DNA from: Octopus sinensis
Lineage: Eukaryota
NCBI RefSeq assembly: GCF_006345805.1
Contig: NC_043006.1
Span: forward strand, 19,716,001 to 19,780,000
Reading direction: 5' to 3'
Length of the DNA stretch: 64,000 bases
Shown piece after piece: positions 1 through 13,724 of this stretch (the first letter of the stretch is position 1; each line of letters begins with the position of its first letter). Position numbers and translations under genes: made by a program. Under the pieces are notes generated by a model, which was not told where the DNA came from, ran no database searches, and saw nothing but the letters and a program-made list of their open reading frames with translations.

Positions 1-69
1 ACTTAATACGTTTGTCTGTCCTCGTTTGTCCTCTCTGTGTTTAGCCCCTTGTGGGTGGTAAAGAAATAG
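1..69 (+). mobile_element. 3' end of tRNA-derived SINE family A
   Basis: gtttgtcctctctgtgtttagccccttgtgggtggtaaagaaatag matches the 3' end of the full copy at 56873..57100. Confidence 0.8.
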
Positions 70-71
70 AT

Positions 72-345
72 ATTTGATCTTGGTCAAAGTTTTTCTCATC
101 AGAGAAGAACCAAAGTATGCCATGTCGAAAGAGTTTTTAATCTTATGAAATAGCCACTTGGTATGTGCTAAAAGGTTTTCCCGTGTTTTTGTAGACATGA
201 ATTGACCTCTCCTCATACGACATGTATCAAATGTCCTCATGTACCACAGTTCCGATAATCCATTCCAACACTTGAAGTTCTTTGGTGATGGCTCTCATTG
301 GTTTTCTGGGATCATCATTGATAATGTTTGAAGTTGTTGGATGAC
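72..345 (-). mobile_element. Tc1/mariner-superfamily (maT/DD37D-like) transposase N-terminal relic
   Basis: Minus strand, frameshifted: INDDPRKPMRAITKELQV...VVHEDI*Y...RRGQFMSTKTREN...LWFFSDEKNFDQDQ. Confidence 0.7.
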
Positions 346-554
346 TTGTGATGCCTTTACGGTGTCCAAATATTTAAAAAATGATTTTATATTTTTGATA
401 AACCAGAAATATTGCTGCCTGAGGCTTCCAACTCTATTCAAATTTTGTGTACAAAAGTGCTTTCAACATTTAGAAAAGTAGCAATTTCTAAATCTGTTCC
501 AAGGGCACAGCTGGGGTAAATGGCACCCAGGGCAAGCAACAAAATTGATTTGAA

Positions 555-800
555 GAGAGGATGATGATGATGATGATGAAGATGTTGATCGCAGTGAGGT
601 TGAGCATGATGACAATGATGAGAGTGATGGTAACAATGATAACAGTGATGACATTGATGATGATGAGAAGGAGGAGGGGGGAGGAGGAGGAGAAGAGGAG
701 AGGAGGAGGGGGAGAATAGGGGAGGGGGAGGAGGAGGAGAGGAGAGGAGGAGAGGAGGAGGGGGGAGGAGGAGGAGGAGGAGGAGGAGGAGGAGACGGAG
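555..800. repeat. (GAT)n/(GGA)n purine-rich microsatellite
   Basis: Directly visible; source of the spurious Pro/Ser-rich ORF 463..897. Confidence 0.95.
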
Positions 801-912
801 GGGGAGTAGGCAAAGTGCTGGAGAAGGAAGTAGGGTTGGCTGGTATCATAATTCCTGTGTCTTGTATACGTTGCAATTTGTCATAAACCATTAACAATTT
901 CTTCTCTTTCAG

Positions 913-1586
913 ATTGTGTACAGAGTTTACCTCCTATGGTGGAGGCTACTTGACTGTTAAGCCCATCAATTCAAGTCCATCACCCACACAGTATTACCGA
1001 CAAACTGCATCGACAGAAACGAAATGCTTCCAATACGATAGAAAACCTCCTCAACACTGTAGCGAGACATTAAAGTGTGGTTCGGAGCCTTTGAAAGTGA
1101 TTCCAACTCTTTCCCGATCACCAAATGTTACAATTATGTTCGATGGTTGGTTTGATGGTAATGTCTACAGAAATGGAACTGGAAACAACGGCGTTGAATC
1201 ATATGAAGTTGTAGTCCATCCTATGACAGTAGCAGGAGATAAACTGCAAGTAGATCAAACGAAAACACTTTATAAGTATGAGAGTTTTAATGAAACAACT
1301 TTAGAGTTAAGTCTGTCTGCAGCACCAGGAGTTTATGCGGTATATCTCACCATCAAAGATTTTGCTCACAATGCCCAGTATGCTCGCAAATTCTTTCTCT
1401 ATGACAACAGTTCCTTGATTGAAGCCAGAAATATTCCTCTACCGAAAGTTATTTCAAAAACTGGTCGAAGTGACATCCCTTGGTATTCAGATGAAGAAAA
1501 CGCCTGTATCACATGGTACAATCTTTTTATGAACACTTTTCTTGAAACGTATTTGAAACCAATAAAGGAAGATAATACTATACCAG
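913..1586 (+). CDS. exon A
   Basis: Acceptor ctctttcag|A at 913; open frame from 914 ([11 protein letters not shown]...DNTIP); donor CCAG|gtact. Confidence 0.85.
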
Positions 1587-4034
1587 GTACTTAACTGTTC
1601 ACTCTTAACTTTCTATATGGCAAAATACCACAGACAACTGACAATATATATATTAGCTAGCCATTGAAAAACATACTAACTGTATTTACATTTATTTTCA
1701 ATGAAATGGGCTCTCATTTTCTTCTTCCATTAATCATTACTATGCTTTAACAAAATCATCACAGGATTGAGTTTTTAACATAAAAAATTTTCTACAATAC
1801 GTTAAGAATATAATAACAAGAAGCAATTAGCTAAGGGTACCATCATATGATTTTTTGATTTTTTTTTTTTGTATTTGCTACATCAGAAGAGAGAAGCAAT
1901 GCTCATGGCCTTCAAAGTGAGATTGATATCATTGATGTTTCTTTCGAACTTCTATCATTAATGTTTCTTTCGAACTTCTATAAGTCAACACCAGTAAGAA
2001 TGACATGCACTAAGAGGAAATTCCAGAGAGCCAAAAATCTAGTGTAAAAGGACTGGTGTACAATGGTCAGTTGAATGCTAATATGTATAATATATTGAGC
2101 AAAAGCATTTCTCAATTATTTGAAATTACTGCTGCAATGAAGGTAGGACATTACAGTCACTATGACTAAAGTGGCAAATTTGTACAGTTGTTAGCATATC
2201 AGATACAATGCATTTATCATCATCATCATCATCATTGCTTAACGTCCGTTTTCCATGCTGGCATGGGTTGGACGGTTGACTGAGGACTGGGGAGCCAGCA
2301 GCTGCAGCAGGCTTCAATCTGATCTGACAGTGTTTCTACAGCTGGATGCCCTTCCTAACACCAACCACTCCGTGAGTGTAGTGGGTGCTTTTTAGGTGCC
2401 ACCGGCACAGGAGGCAGTTAGCCGGGCCTGGCTGCAATCATGTTTGGATAGTGCTTTTTACATGTCACTGGCATGGGGGCCAGTCAGAGGGTACTGGCAT
2501 TGGCCACATTCGGATGGTGCTTTTTACATGCCACTGGCAGGGGAGCCAGTCAGGGAGTACTGGCATTGGCTATGTTAAGATAGTGCTTTTTATGAGCAAC
2601 TGGCACAGGAGCCAGTCAGGAGGTACCATGCATTGGCCACATTTGGATGGTGCTTTTTACATGCCATTGGCACAGGAGCTAGTCAGGTGGACCTGGCATC
2701 AACCATGTTCGGATTGTGCTTTTTACATGCCACTAGCATGAGAGCCAGTCAGAGGCAACTGGCTACAGCTACAATATTGGTTTTATTTGACTCAACAGGT
2801 CTTCTCAAGCATATCATATCACCCAACACATCAGGAGTACTCTTAACTAGGCCAGACATGCATGGCTGTGATCTCACTTTAGTTGCTGGGTCTTCTCAAT
2901 CACAGCCTATTTCAGTCTCCTGTCATTGCCTCTGTGAGGCCCAATGTTCGAGGGTCATGCTTCACCACCTCATCCCATGTCTTCCATTGGTCTACCGCTT
3001 CCACATGTTCCTTCCACAGTTAGGGAATGGCACTTCCTCACACAGCTTTCCTCATCCATACATAATACATGACCATACCAGTGCAATCGTCTCTCTTACA
3101 CACCACATTTGATGCTTCTTATGTCCAACTTTTCTCTCAGGGTGCTTACACTCTGTTGTGTATGCACACTGACATTACACACCCAGCAGAGCATACCAGC
3201 TTCATTTCTTTCAAGCCTACGCATGTCATCAGCAGTCATGGCCCATGTTTCACTGCCATGTAGCATGACAGTTCGCACACATGCATCATACAGTCTAACT
3301 TTCATCCTGTGCAAGAGGCCCTTAGTTGCCAGCAGAGGTAGGAGCTTTCTGAACTTTGCCCAGGCTATTCTTCTTCTGGCCATTACACTCTCAGAGTAAC
3401 CACCTCCACTACAGACTTGGTCACCTAGATAGTGGAAGCTATTAACTACTTCTAGTTTCTCCCCCTGGCATGTGATGGTGTCTGCTTTCTGTACATCTTC
3501 AGTGTTTATTGCCCCTGTGCATCTGCCACACAAAAACTATCTTCCCAGTTAACCTTCCTGTGATATTGCTGTGCCTTTTATGTGTCCATAGCTTACACTG
3601 GGTACATCATATGGAGTTCCTACCATGCCATTTCTACCTGAAGAGGTTTGTGATTTGCCAGCCTTCTTACTTGCTAAGACTTTAGTTTTTGCTAGGTTAA
3701 CCCTAAGGCCTTTTGATTCTAGACCTTGCTTCCACACCCTAAACTTTGTCTCTAGTTCTGGCAGTGAGTTGACTATTAGAGCAAGATCATCAGCAGAGAG
3801 GAGCTCCCAGTGGCAGCCTGTCTTGAATTTCTCTGTTATTGCCTGGAGGACTATAATGAATAAGAGGGGGCTGAGGACTGATCCTTGGTGAACTCCTACT
3901 TCTACTCCGAATTCTTCACTATACTCGTTGCCAACCTTCACCTTACTGACAGCATCTTTGTACAGGGCTTGTACAGCTCTTATCAACCACTCGTCTATCC
4001 CAGTTTCCGCATTGACCACCAGATAGTCAATTAC

Positions 4035-4067
<33 letters not shown>

Positions 4068-4112
4068 TACATACAAACATACATATGTGCATGCATACAT
4101 ACATATATATGA

Positions 4113-4149
<37 letters not shown>

Positions 4150-4457
4150 CACCGTGATCACCGTGACCGACCAGGCTATCAGATGTTGCTACACATCGCT
4201 GGTCACAATGCGCTTCGCATTGTGTTAGCCTTCAAATGACTCCACCTCGCTGGCTAAGCAAGCAGACCAACAGAAGAAAGAGTGAGAGAAAGTTGTGGCA
4301 AAAGAGTACAGCAGGGATTGCCACCACCCTCTGCTGGAGCCTCATGGAGCTTTAGGTGTTTTCGCTCAATAAACACTCATAACGCCCGGTCTGGGAATCG
4401 AAACCGCAATCCTACGACCGCAAGTCCGCTGCCCTAACCATTGGGCCATTGCGCCTC

Positions 4458-4551
<94 letters not shown>

Positions 4552-4581
4552 ATATATATATACGTATATATATATATATAC

Positions 4582-4678
<97 letters not shown>

Positions 4679-7212
4679 GATAGCTTCCATGAATTTTCTA
4701 TCAACCAAATTACCAATGTCATTCTCAAGGCATTGGTTAGCCCCCAGGTTATAGTTAAAAGACACTCACCCAAAGTGCCATGCAGTAGGGTTGAACTCAA
4801 ATCAATATGGTTAGGAAGCAAACTTCTCGGCCACATCCCTGTACTACTCTGAACAACAGATGTCAAAATAGTAATTGTAAAATTCCTGTTTTGAGGAAAA
4901 ATTTCTTCAGTATGTTTACTCATTTTAAATATTGTCTTATATCATTTCAGAAAAGTATGACCACATTTCTGGTCTACTCAACATTAATGGTACTGAAAAC
5001 ATACAAGGAATAGATCAATTCACTTACCGTTTCCAAGTGAATAATGAGAATATTTCTGTAGAAAATTTGACTTCACCTAATAACAACCAGACACAATGTT
5101 TCCAAGATACCTTACAAGACGGAGATTCTCTGAGAATATGGGTGACTGCAAGAGACATTATGAACCAGACATTGTCCAAGAATATAACGATATATATTGA
5201 CCGAAGTGCTCCTTCTATTGAAGAATTTTCATTGACCAAAGATGGGCACCAAAGATTGTATATGCATAATTCTTCTGATTTATCCTCAATGGTTGTTAAA
5301 ATTGATGCTATTGATCAACACAGTGGTTTAAAACAAGTTCAGTGGATTTTGGGAACAAAAGATGGTTCCAATGATATTGGGGCTGGTTCACTTCCAGTAG
5401 TTAAACTTGGTGATTATGTAAGATTTTCAGATAATATTTTTGTCTATCTATTTATGTTATTTTTGTGTGAATATATTTATCCTCTCTTAAATTTGGATGC
5501 TTTATGTCTTACAAACCATACTGCAGTAAATGTCATGAGAGAAACTCTCATATTGGCTTTTGGTGCAAAATGCACTAATGGGGAAACATATCCCTGCCGC
5601 CTCCAGTGCCAAGACTACTAGAAGCCAACATGAGAGTTTCTCTCATGATATCTACCACAGTATAGTTTGTTCTAATAGAACATCCACATCTAAGTGGGGG
5701 GTAAATATTACCTCTCAGTATTAATGCTATTTTTGTGGCTAATAAATATATATTGTGTGAGGATGGTATGTTTCTTTTGTTATGATTTTAAATAAACATT
5801 GCCATTTTGAACTAATATTGTTTCTGCCATTCATGATAAATTTTTATTCAATCTGCCAGATAATTGTGATTAATTAAAGGCACACTAAGTGACAGTGATT
5901 GAAATATTGGTGTGTACATTTATATTCTCCATATAGACCTTGTGTGTGAAAAGCACACCACTGGATCATAAATGATGTCATTGGACAATAGGATGTGTTT
6001 CTCTGTCATTGCACCTCATCAGCAATGAACAATGACTTTTTTGTTCTCAGTTCACTAAGAACTGTTATTCTTATGTTTAAACTGCAAATTATCTGACCTG
6101 GGCAAAAGTCTGTCAAGCTGTAATAGATTAATCAGAAGCATACTAAGCAGCAATGATTGAAATATATGAATGTAAAATTATATTTAATATGTCTGTATAC
6201 AGACAAATGGGGAAAGCTTCTTTCCATATTAAGTTAAAGTTTATATCATCATCATCATCATCATTGTTTAACATCTGCTTTCCATGCTTGTATGGGTTGG
6301 ACGATTTTGACTGAGGGCTGGCAAACCAGATGGCTGCACCAGTCTCCAATCTTGATCTGGCAGAGTTTCTACAGCTGGATGCCCTTCCTAACGCCAACCA
6401 CTCCGAGAGTGTAGTGGGTGCTTTTTACGTGCCACCGGCATGGACAATGTGTTACACTTACTGCACCTAAGTTTCCCAAGCGGTCACCCATCTAAGTACT
6501 GACTAGGCTCGATGTTGCTTAACTTCTGTGATTGGACGAGAACCGTTGCTTTCAACATGATATGGCCATATAGATATATTATAGATATAGGGTAAATAAT
6601 TATTAATTTGATAATTAATAAATTTTACCAAATAACTTCATATGGAAAAAAACCATTATTGATAAAAACTTATACAAAAAGTTTTTTTATAATTATAAAC
6701 ATAATTAAAGGATTAGCAAAAAGTTGCTTCACCACATAGCAGTGGAGATATGTTGTAGTTAGAAGAATTAGCTGTTTTGATTGCTATTTCTAAATTTTCG
6801 GTATGTAGTGAAGCAACTTTTTGCTGAACCCTTAATTATGTTTATATATATAAATATATGTGTTGAACACTGATGGCTTCAGTGGCCAAAACTTTGAAGT
6901 CACCATCAACAACATTCTTGTATAAAAATAATAAATTTGTAATCTACAAAAGTATAGAGTAACCCATCAAATTAATGCAAAATTATTTTTGTTATAACAT
7001 AAAAACAAACTTTAATGAATTCATATATATATATATATGTGTATATATATATATTGGCCTGCTCGCTTAGCCAGCGGGGTGGCCTCATTCAAAGGCTAAA
7101 ACAATGCGAACGCATTGTGACCAGCGATGTGTAACAACATCTGATGGTCTGGTCGGTCACGGGATCACGTGATATATATATATATGTATGTATATATATA
7201 TGTATATATATG

Positions 7213-7284
<72 letters not shown>

Positions 7285-7472
7285 ACCTCGTGTGTACCGT
7301 TGGCGAATTTTTTTCCTCTGTCTTCCCTTCTCTGGATCTTTCCTTCTCCTATGTGTCCGACGAAGAGCTCCGCTCGAAACGTTAAGCCCTCCTTCTTTCT
7401 TGAACGTCCAATAATACTATATTTGTTTCACGTCCTCGCGTTGTTGTGTTTTTTGTGTTTTCTTGTTTGGAT

Positions 7473-7506
<34 letters not shown>

Positions 7507-9236
7507 ACAATTAAGGAATGGCCTTAATAGGCCATTCGGCCCACTACCCTATATTGATTAATATATATATATAATAAATTAATTTGTTTTAAAATTGAAC
7601 GAACTACTTAGGTTATATTTTTTCAGAGTTTTGTTTTGTTTTCTTTTTTACTCCTGAATTTATTTACTTAAAATACATGAAGTTTTATATTTAAATTTTC
7701 TTTTTCTTTCTAGGTTTCATGTACCCCTGAAACTCCCTGCTATTGCCCACAACATGGGCCGTGTCAAATGAAAAACTTTACGCTCACACTCAATGCCCTC
7801 ATAGCAGCAAGAACTCATAAGGGTCAGCATAATCGACGTTATTTTGCTGCTATCCGAGTTGAAAATATGGCAGGTCTTTTCAACGAAGAACATCTGGATA
7901 TAGTTTTGGATGAATCTCCTCCCAGCACAGGTTCTGTCAAGGAAGGAAAAAATACACTTCCTGATTTAGATTTCACAGGAAGTGAAAATTTAACTGTGAA
8001 CTGGAACGGATTTGTTGATCATGAATCTGATATATATTATTATGTTGTTGGCATTGCACCACGTTGCTTAACCAAATTAGAACTGACCAGTCCATGTTAT
8101 TCCTGTAATATCTCATATGACATCATAAATACTACGAAAACCTCTGCTCAGTTTTCACTTAAAAAAGCTGGAAAGTACTTCTCAACTGTTATCGCTTACA
8201 ATTATGCTTTGGAGGCATCTGACGCAGTATGCTCTGATGGAGTGGTCTATGATGAGACCCCACCAAAACTAAAGGATGTTGTACTTACTGGAGCTAAAAC
8301 ACAGGAGACTGTTGCTTGCTATAATGGAAAGGTTTGGAGAATAAACTTTGATTTAACCAAGAAGCTTTTAACCCCAGCTGAAGTCTGCTTTCAGAACTGT
8401 AGTTCTATTGCTTCCAATTCAATTCTAGAAATCCTGAAAGAAATAATTAGTGACACTATGGTCAAAGCAAATATTTGTCCAAACAATTTCTCTTCATCAC
8501 AGATTAATCTAATTGGTATTCCATCTAACAATATTCACTTGTCTTGGAAATACATAGAAGATGAGAGTGAGATTCTTGACTTCTTTGTTGGTATAAGCAG
8601 CCGCCAACAGTTGGAACAGCACCCTGACATTATGGCATACACATCAACCAGCCAGAAGACTAGATTCCAGAAGCACAGATTGGGCATTAAACCAGGAGAC
8701 AGATTCTACATTTTCATCCGATCAGTGAACAAGGCTATGTATAGTAAAACAACAGTTATTGGACCCTTAGTTTACGATCAGTCTCCCCCAATTTATAATG
8801 GGGGCTTAAATGTAAGCTTGAATGAGGAATTCATTAATGTTTTGTGGCATAATGACTCCTTTTATGACCCAGAGGAAAATTCTGATCTCCTCATCACTTA
8901 CCAAATAAGTAAGTTCTTTGCTATTCTTTAAGTTTTTTTTCTTGCTTTAGGCATTTGATTGTAGACTCGAACAAATTGAGCCCATCATTTATTTTTAAAA
9001 CTGGTACTTATAATTTATTCTATCAGTCTCCATTTTCCAAACCTCTAAGTTACAGGGATGTAAATAAACCAAGACTGGTTGCCAAGCAGTGCACAACAAA
9101 CAAACGATGCTCACTTTCACACACACACAGACACACACATTCACACACACACACACACATGTACATACATATACATGCAAATATGAAATATATATACATA
9201 TACACACACACATACATAACTGTGTGTGTGTGTGTA

Positions 9237-9273
<37 letters not shown>

Positions 9274-9367
9274 TTTATTTAAAAGCTTTAAATAAAGCAT
9301 ATTACTCTACCCCTGGTATTTGAGTACTCTTTTTTCCACCTTGTTTCACATTTACGTGTTTATTCCA

Positions 9368-9405
<38 letters not shown>

Positions 9406-9463
9406 CATTCATATATACACACATAAACATACACATATATATATATATATACACAAACAAAAG

Positions 9464-9496
<33 letters not shown>

Positions 9497-12400
9497 TACA
9501 TGTTTCCACCATCTCTGTTTACCAAATTCACTCACAAGGCTTATGTGGACCCAAGCTTATAGCAGAAGGCACCTAAGATGTTGTACCTTTGAAGTGAGCC
9601 TGGGACCATGAGGTTGAGAAGCAGACGTCTTAACCACATACCCCTACTGCACCTGATGTGCATCTTTATTTGTCTTGCACTTGCATAATTATAGTTGTAT
9701 ATCTTGTAAACTACCAAATCATTGAAGTACTACAGTTTGCGCATTGCTGGAGTATCACTAAGGGTAGGGCCTGTGAGGGCTGAAATATGGGAGGACATAT
9801 TGCCATGTTAAGTAAAATTAAAGGTACATGGCTCAGTGGTTAGAATGTCATGCTCACAATCATGAGGTAGTGAGTTCAATTTCCTGACCCAGCTGTTTGT
9901 TGTGTTCTTGAGCAAGACACTTTATTTCATATCCTTCCAGTTCACTTAGCTGTAGAAATGATTTTCGATGTCAAGGGTGTCAAGCTGTATCAGCCTTCGC
10001 TTTTCTCTTGGAGAGTGTTGGTGGCATGGAGAGGGGAGGCTGGTCTTTCATAAACAACCTTGCCCAGACTTGTACTTTGAAGGGGAACTTTCTAGGTGCA
10101 ATCCCATGGTCATTTATGACCAAAGCGGGTCTTTACTTTAAAGGAATTGTGAATTTTAAAATTCGTCCAGTGCCATAATGAAGAAAGAAAAATTATATGA
10201 ATGTAAGGTCCATTTATAATAAAAAGAGATGACAAGTGGAGTGGGGGTCAAAAATATTTCATCAATATTTTGGGGTGGCACAAAACAGCACTCAAAACAT
10301 GCTGTAAAGTGGTTGTCATTAGGAAGGGCACAAAGCTATATAAGCTATTCTGAAGTAAACAATGGAGCATGATGCAGTCCTTGGATCTGTCAAAGTGTCC
10401 AATCCATGTCAGCATGGGACATATATGTTAAAAGACAGTGGGGATGAGAATTATTGTCCTTGAGGGTTCCCATGCTTCTGGACCATAGAAATGTTGGAGT
10501 CCAACAGTTGAAGCTAATGCAACACTCATAAAAACAAATTCATGAACTACACTTTCCTCATACAATCTTCTATCATTATCTGTTCCTTCAGTTAACAACA
10601 AACTAACATATTGAATGTAGTGCCCCCCCCCCCACACACAAAATTTCAATCAATTGAAATTACATCTAATATGTTATTGGATACGTACAATCCAATACAA
10701 AGAAAATTCATGGGCTTTCATAACAATTTTTGTCAAGAATAACAAGGGAGAGAAATTTGAAATTTAAATTAATTAAAAATTCCATACAGGTCATACAGTG
10801 GAGAATGAGTCTGATTTTTGGTAGGTACAGGGCCAATTCCACACATGCTTTCGTCTTGTTTCATATTTCCCTCCCCACCTATTATCAATGTCTGTTTATA
10901 ACTGCTTGGTCAAGGTCGTTGAGAGTAAAATGTTTACATCTGGTTTATTTAGTGATTCCCTAGAATTAAGATAAGGAGGTGTAGTAACTAATAATCTAAT
11001 TCTAAAACATAGTGTATAAAAGCTGGGCCTTCACTGTACATGTACCAGTCTCAAACCACACCACACACAAACTGGTACATATTTTCTTTGCCTAGCAACT
11101 AACTGTCTTAAAAGACAAAAGAATTTTGGACCAAGAACTGCAGCCCAATACAGGAGGGGAGACCATATCTCAACCCTGTTTTGACAACTTTTCAAAGTGG
11201 TGATGAAGTGACCACTTCAGGGCCCAAGTGTGGATAGGATGTATGGAGTGGCACCAGAATCTTCCTCTCAGTGTTAATGGCACAGTCTAAAACCGGGGTC
11301 AGCATACTTCTTGTATTGTTGATTCTTTCAAGGAATTGTTGGTAACTTGTCGATCACCATCATGTAAATTTCCAAATTAAGATTAAGATGTATAAGGAAG
11401 TAAAAAAATTCTTGATTTAAATGCTATAAGTACTTCTTGAGTTATTATGGCTTTTAATAAGAAATATTTAAAGAAATTAAATGAAAATTTTTCATGAAAC
11501 TGATAAAGAACAATAAAAATTGAGTCATATTGTATTATATTAGCACAGTTGGAATATATAATATGAAATATCTATTCGGTTAATACATATTATTGCATTG
11601 ATATTTGACTGCAAATTGGTAAGTTTTAGCCTTAAATTACTGTGGTTTTTCCTGGTTTGGTTCACTTACAATTCAGCACCATTAATGCTTAAAATTGTTT
11701 CAGGTGTTTATTGACCCTTTGGATAGGCACATGGATCTCCAAGGGAACCTAAAATCAGTTGTTTGCAAAGCAAACTTCTTAACCATATAGCCTTGCCTAT
11801 GCTTATTATATAAATAATAGAAATATAAATAATAAAAACAATTAACAATGATAATATTAATAAATCAATATTTTTAATATTTTTTTAATTTTCACAGAGA
11901 ACAGTTTAACTAAAGAAGCTGTGACACCCAAGTGGACTGCACAGGGACATAGTATCTGTCCTGGAGGACTTCATTGCATAAAGCTGAACATTGATAAGAT
12001 GGGTATTGCAGAGCCAGACACTTCTCTCTCATATTTCTTTGAACTTAACATATTTAACATGGCTGGTCTCTTCACAACAGCAGCTTCTCCTCCTTTCCAT
12101 CTCCCAATGAAACATCCATTTAACCATGGCAGAGTTATTGACTTAAATCCAGCCTCTGAATCAGACAAGCAAATTCATATGCATAGTACCCTCAACAAAG
12201 CTTGCATAAGTCTGGAAGATTTTCATCCCAGCATGAAGTTGCTTGTTGGAATAGGTTCAAATCGTTTCACTGCAGATGTGGTACCATTTCAACCTGTGAC
12301 CAACAAGAGACGCTACTGCATATCCAGTCCTAATATTAAAAGTTTCCACAAATATTTCACGGTCGTGAATATGACAATGCATTCACGGAGCTTGCTTATT

Positions 12401-13417
12401 GCATCTGATGGATTTATTATCATTGATCAACAGAAAATTGAGAAACAGGTTAACATCTTCAATGGCCAGAATGGATGTTCACACAATGACTCCATTAAAA
12501 TATCATTCCACAACAATAACAAAACAAAAATATTTGAGGTCAAGTTTTTACAGGACGTTGTTGTTGGACAATTGTACATGATAGGCTTTGAAGCAGCTGA
12601 TGGACATTTCAATGTGAGTGGCAATATGGTCAAAACAATGCCACACCAATCAGTTTCTTTCGATAACACTGTCTATCGGTCTTTTATTGCATTGAATCCA
12701 AGACCCACCATTCAAGTATCATTCAAATTGGGACTAACTAACAGAAGCAAGATTCCTCAACCGATATTGAGAACATGTCCAGTCAGTGTCAATTTCCAAA
12801 CATCAAAACACCAGATGTCAGCTAACTGGGAAATAAAGGGACCCTATTCACGATATGTGACCCACTTTCAGCTAAGGTTGGTAGACAGAACTTGTCTGAA
12901 CAATGGTGGGAAAATATGTTCTGTGATGAATCCTCGTCATTTGGAGAAAGTGTTTCATGCCAATCAGAAGAACTTAAATTTAATAAGTGGTCATAAATAT
13001 AGCTTTTCAATACAGGCTTGTGCAGGAGAAGCTGGCTGCACAAAACCAGTTTTGTCTGCTGGGGCTTTAATCCTTGATAAAATTCCTATTGAAGGCAAGA
13101 TCCAAGCTCATTTGTTAACTTCTCAAAATGGGTCACAGATCAAAGTTCAGTGGGAAGGGTTTAATTGCATATCTGGCAGTCATGTGACAGATCCTATCGT
13201 ATTTCAACTGAATGCCTTTTACCAAAACCAATCTTTGTTCCATCCTGCTCACTATATTATGAACCCTAAAAACCAAAAAGTATTTCAGGTATGTACTAAA
13301 CTATAAAATGGTGATGTATTTGCTAAAACCACATAAAATCTGATAAAAATTTTCTTTGAAATTTCCCAAGAACTTTCTCTTTTAGTTTCCCATATATTAA
13401 CCTCCTCCTCCTCCTCC

Positions 13418-13450
<33 letters not shown>

Positions 13451-13680
13451 CTTTTATATCCACTTTTCCATGCTCACATAGATTGGGTGGAATTTTGTTG
13501 AGGTGGGTTTTCTACAGCTGGATGGCGTCCCTATCATCAACCCTCATCTGTTTCCAAATAAGATAACATTACCCCCATAACCAAGGAAGATTGCAATTGG
13601 AGGATCTGCTTGTATGATGGTGACATTCGTTTACAACTACAACGTATTGCCAAAGCAAAGTGGCAGTGACAGTGACAGAT

Positions 13681-13724
<44 letters not shown>

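Noticed and set aside
463-897. 144-aa Pro/Ser-rich ORF on the minus strand
   Set aside because: Translation of (GGA)n/(GAT)n microsatellite in an intron; no coding complexity.
4380-4458. tRNA genes at SINE heads (also 20649, 52206, 61311)
   Set aside because: A and B boxes are present but run straight into SINE bodies without a complete acceptor stem or terminator.
4412-4923. YIYIYI-type ORFs (also 7144, 8955, 50662, 51294, 63257 and others)
   Set aside because: Translations of (TA)n/(TG)n tracts.
5418-5621. ORF-track extensions past splice donors (for example 5418-5621, 8909-8931, 55393-55427) treated as protein
   Set aside because: Intronic read-through; strong GT donors and phase matching define shorter exons.
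6456-6573. Functional 5S rRNA gene
   Set aside because: Solitary, many substitutions, no oligo-T terminator, fused to a retroelement body.
6866-6915. Possible further hammerhead (CTGATGG...AAAAC...GTC)
   Set aside because: Both core halves are mutated and the stems are weak; cannot be supported by eye.
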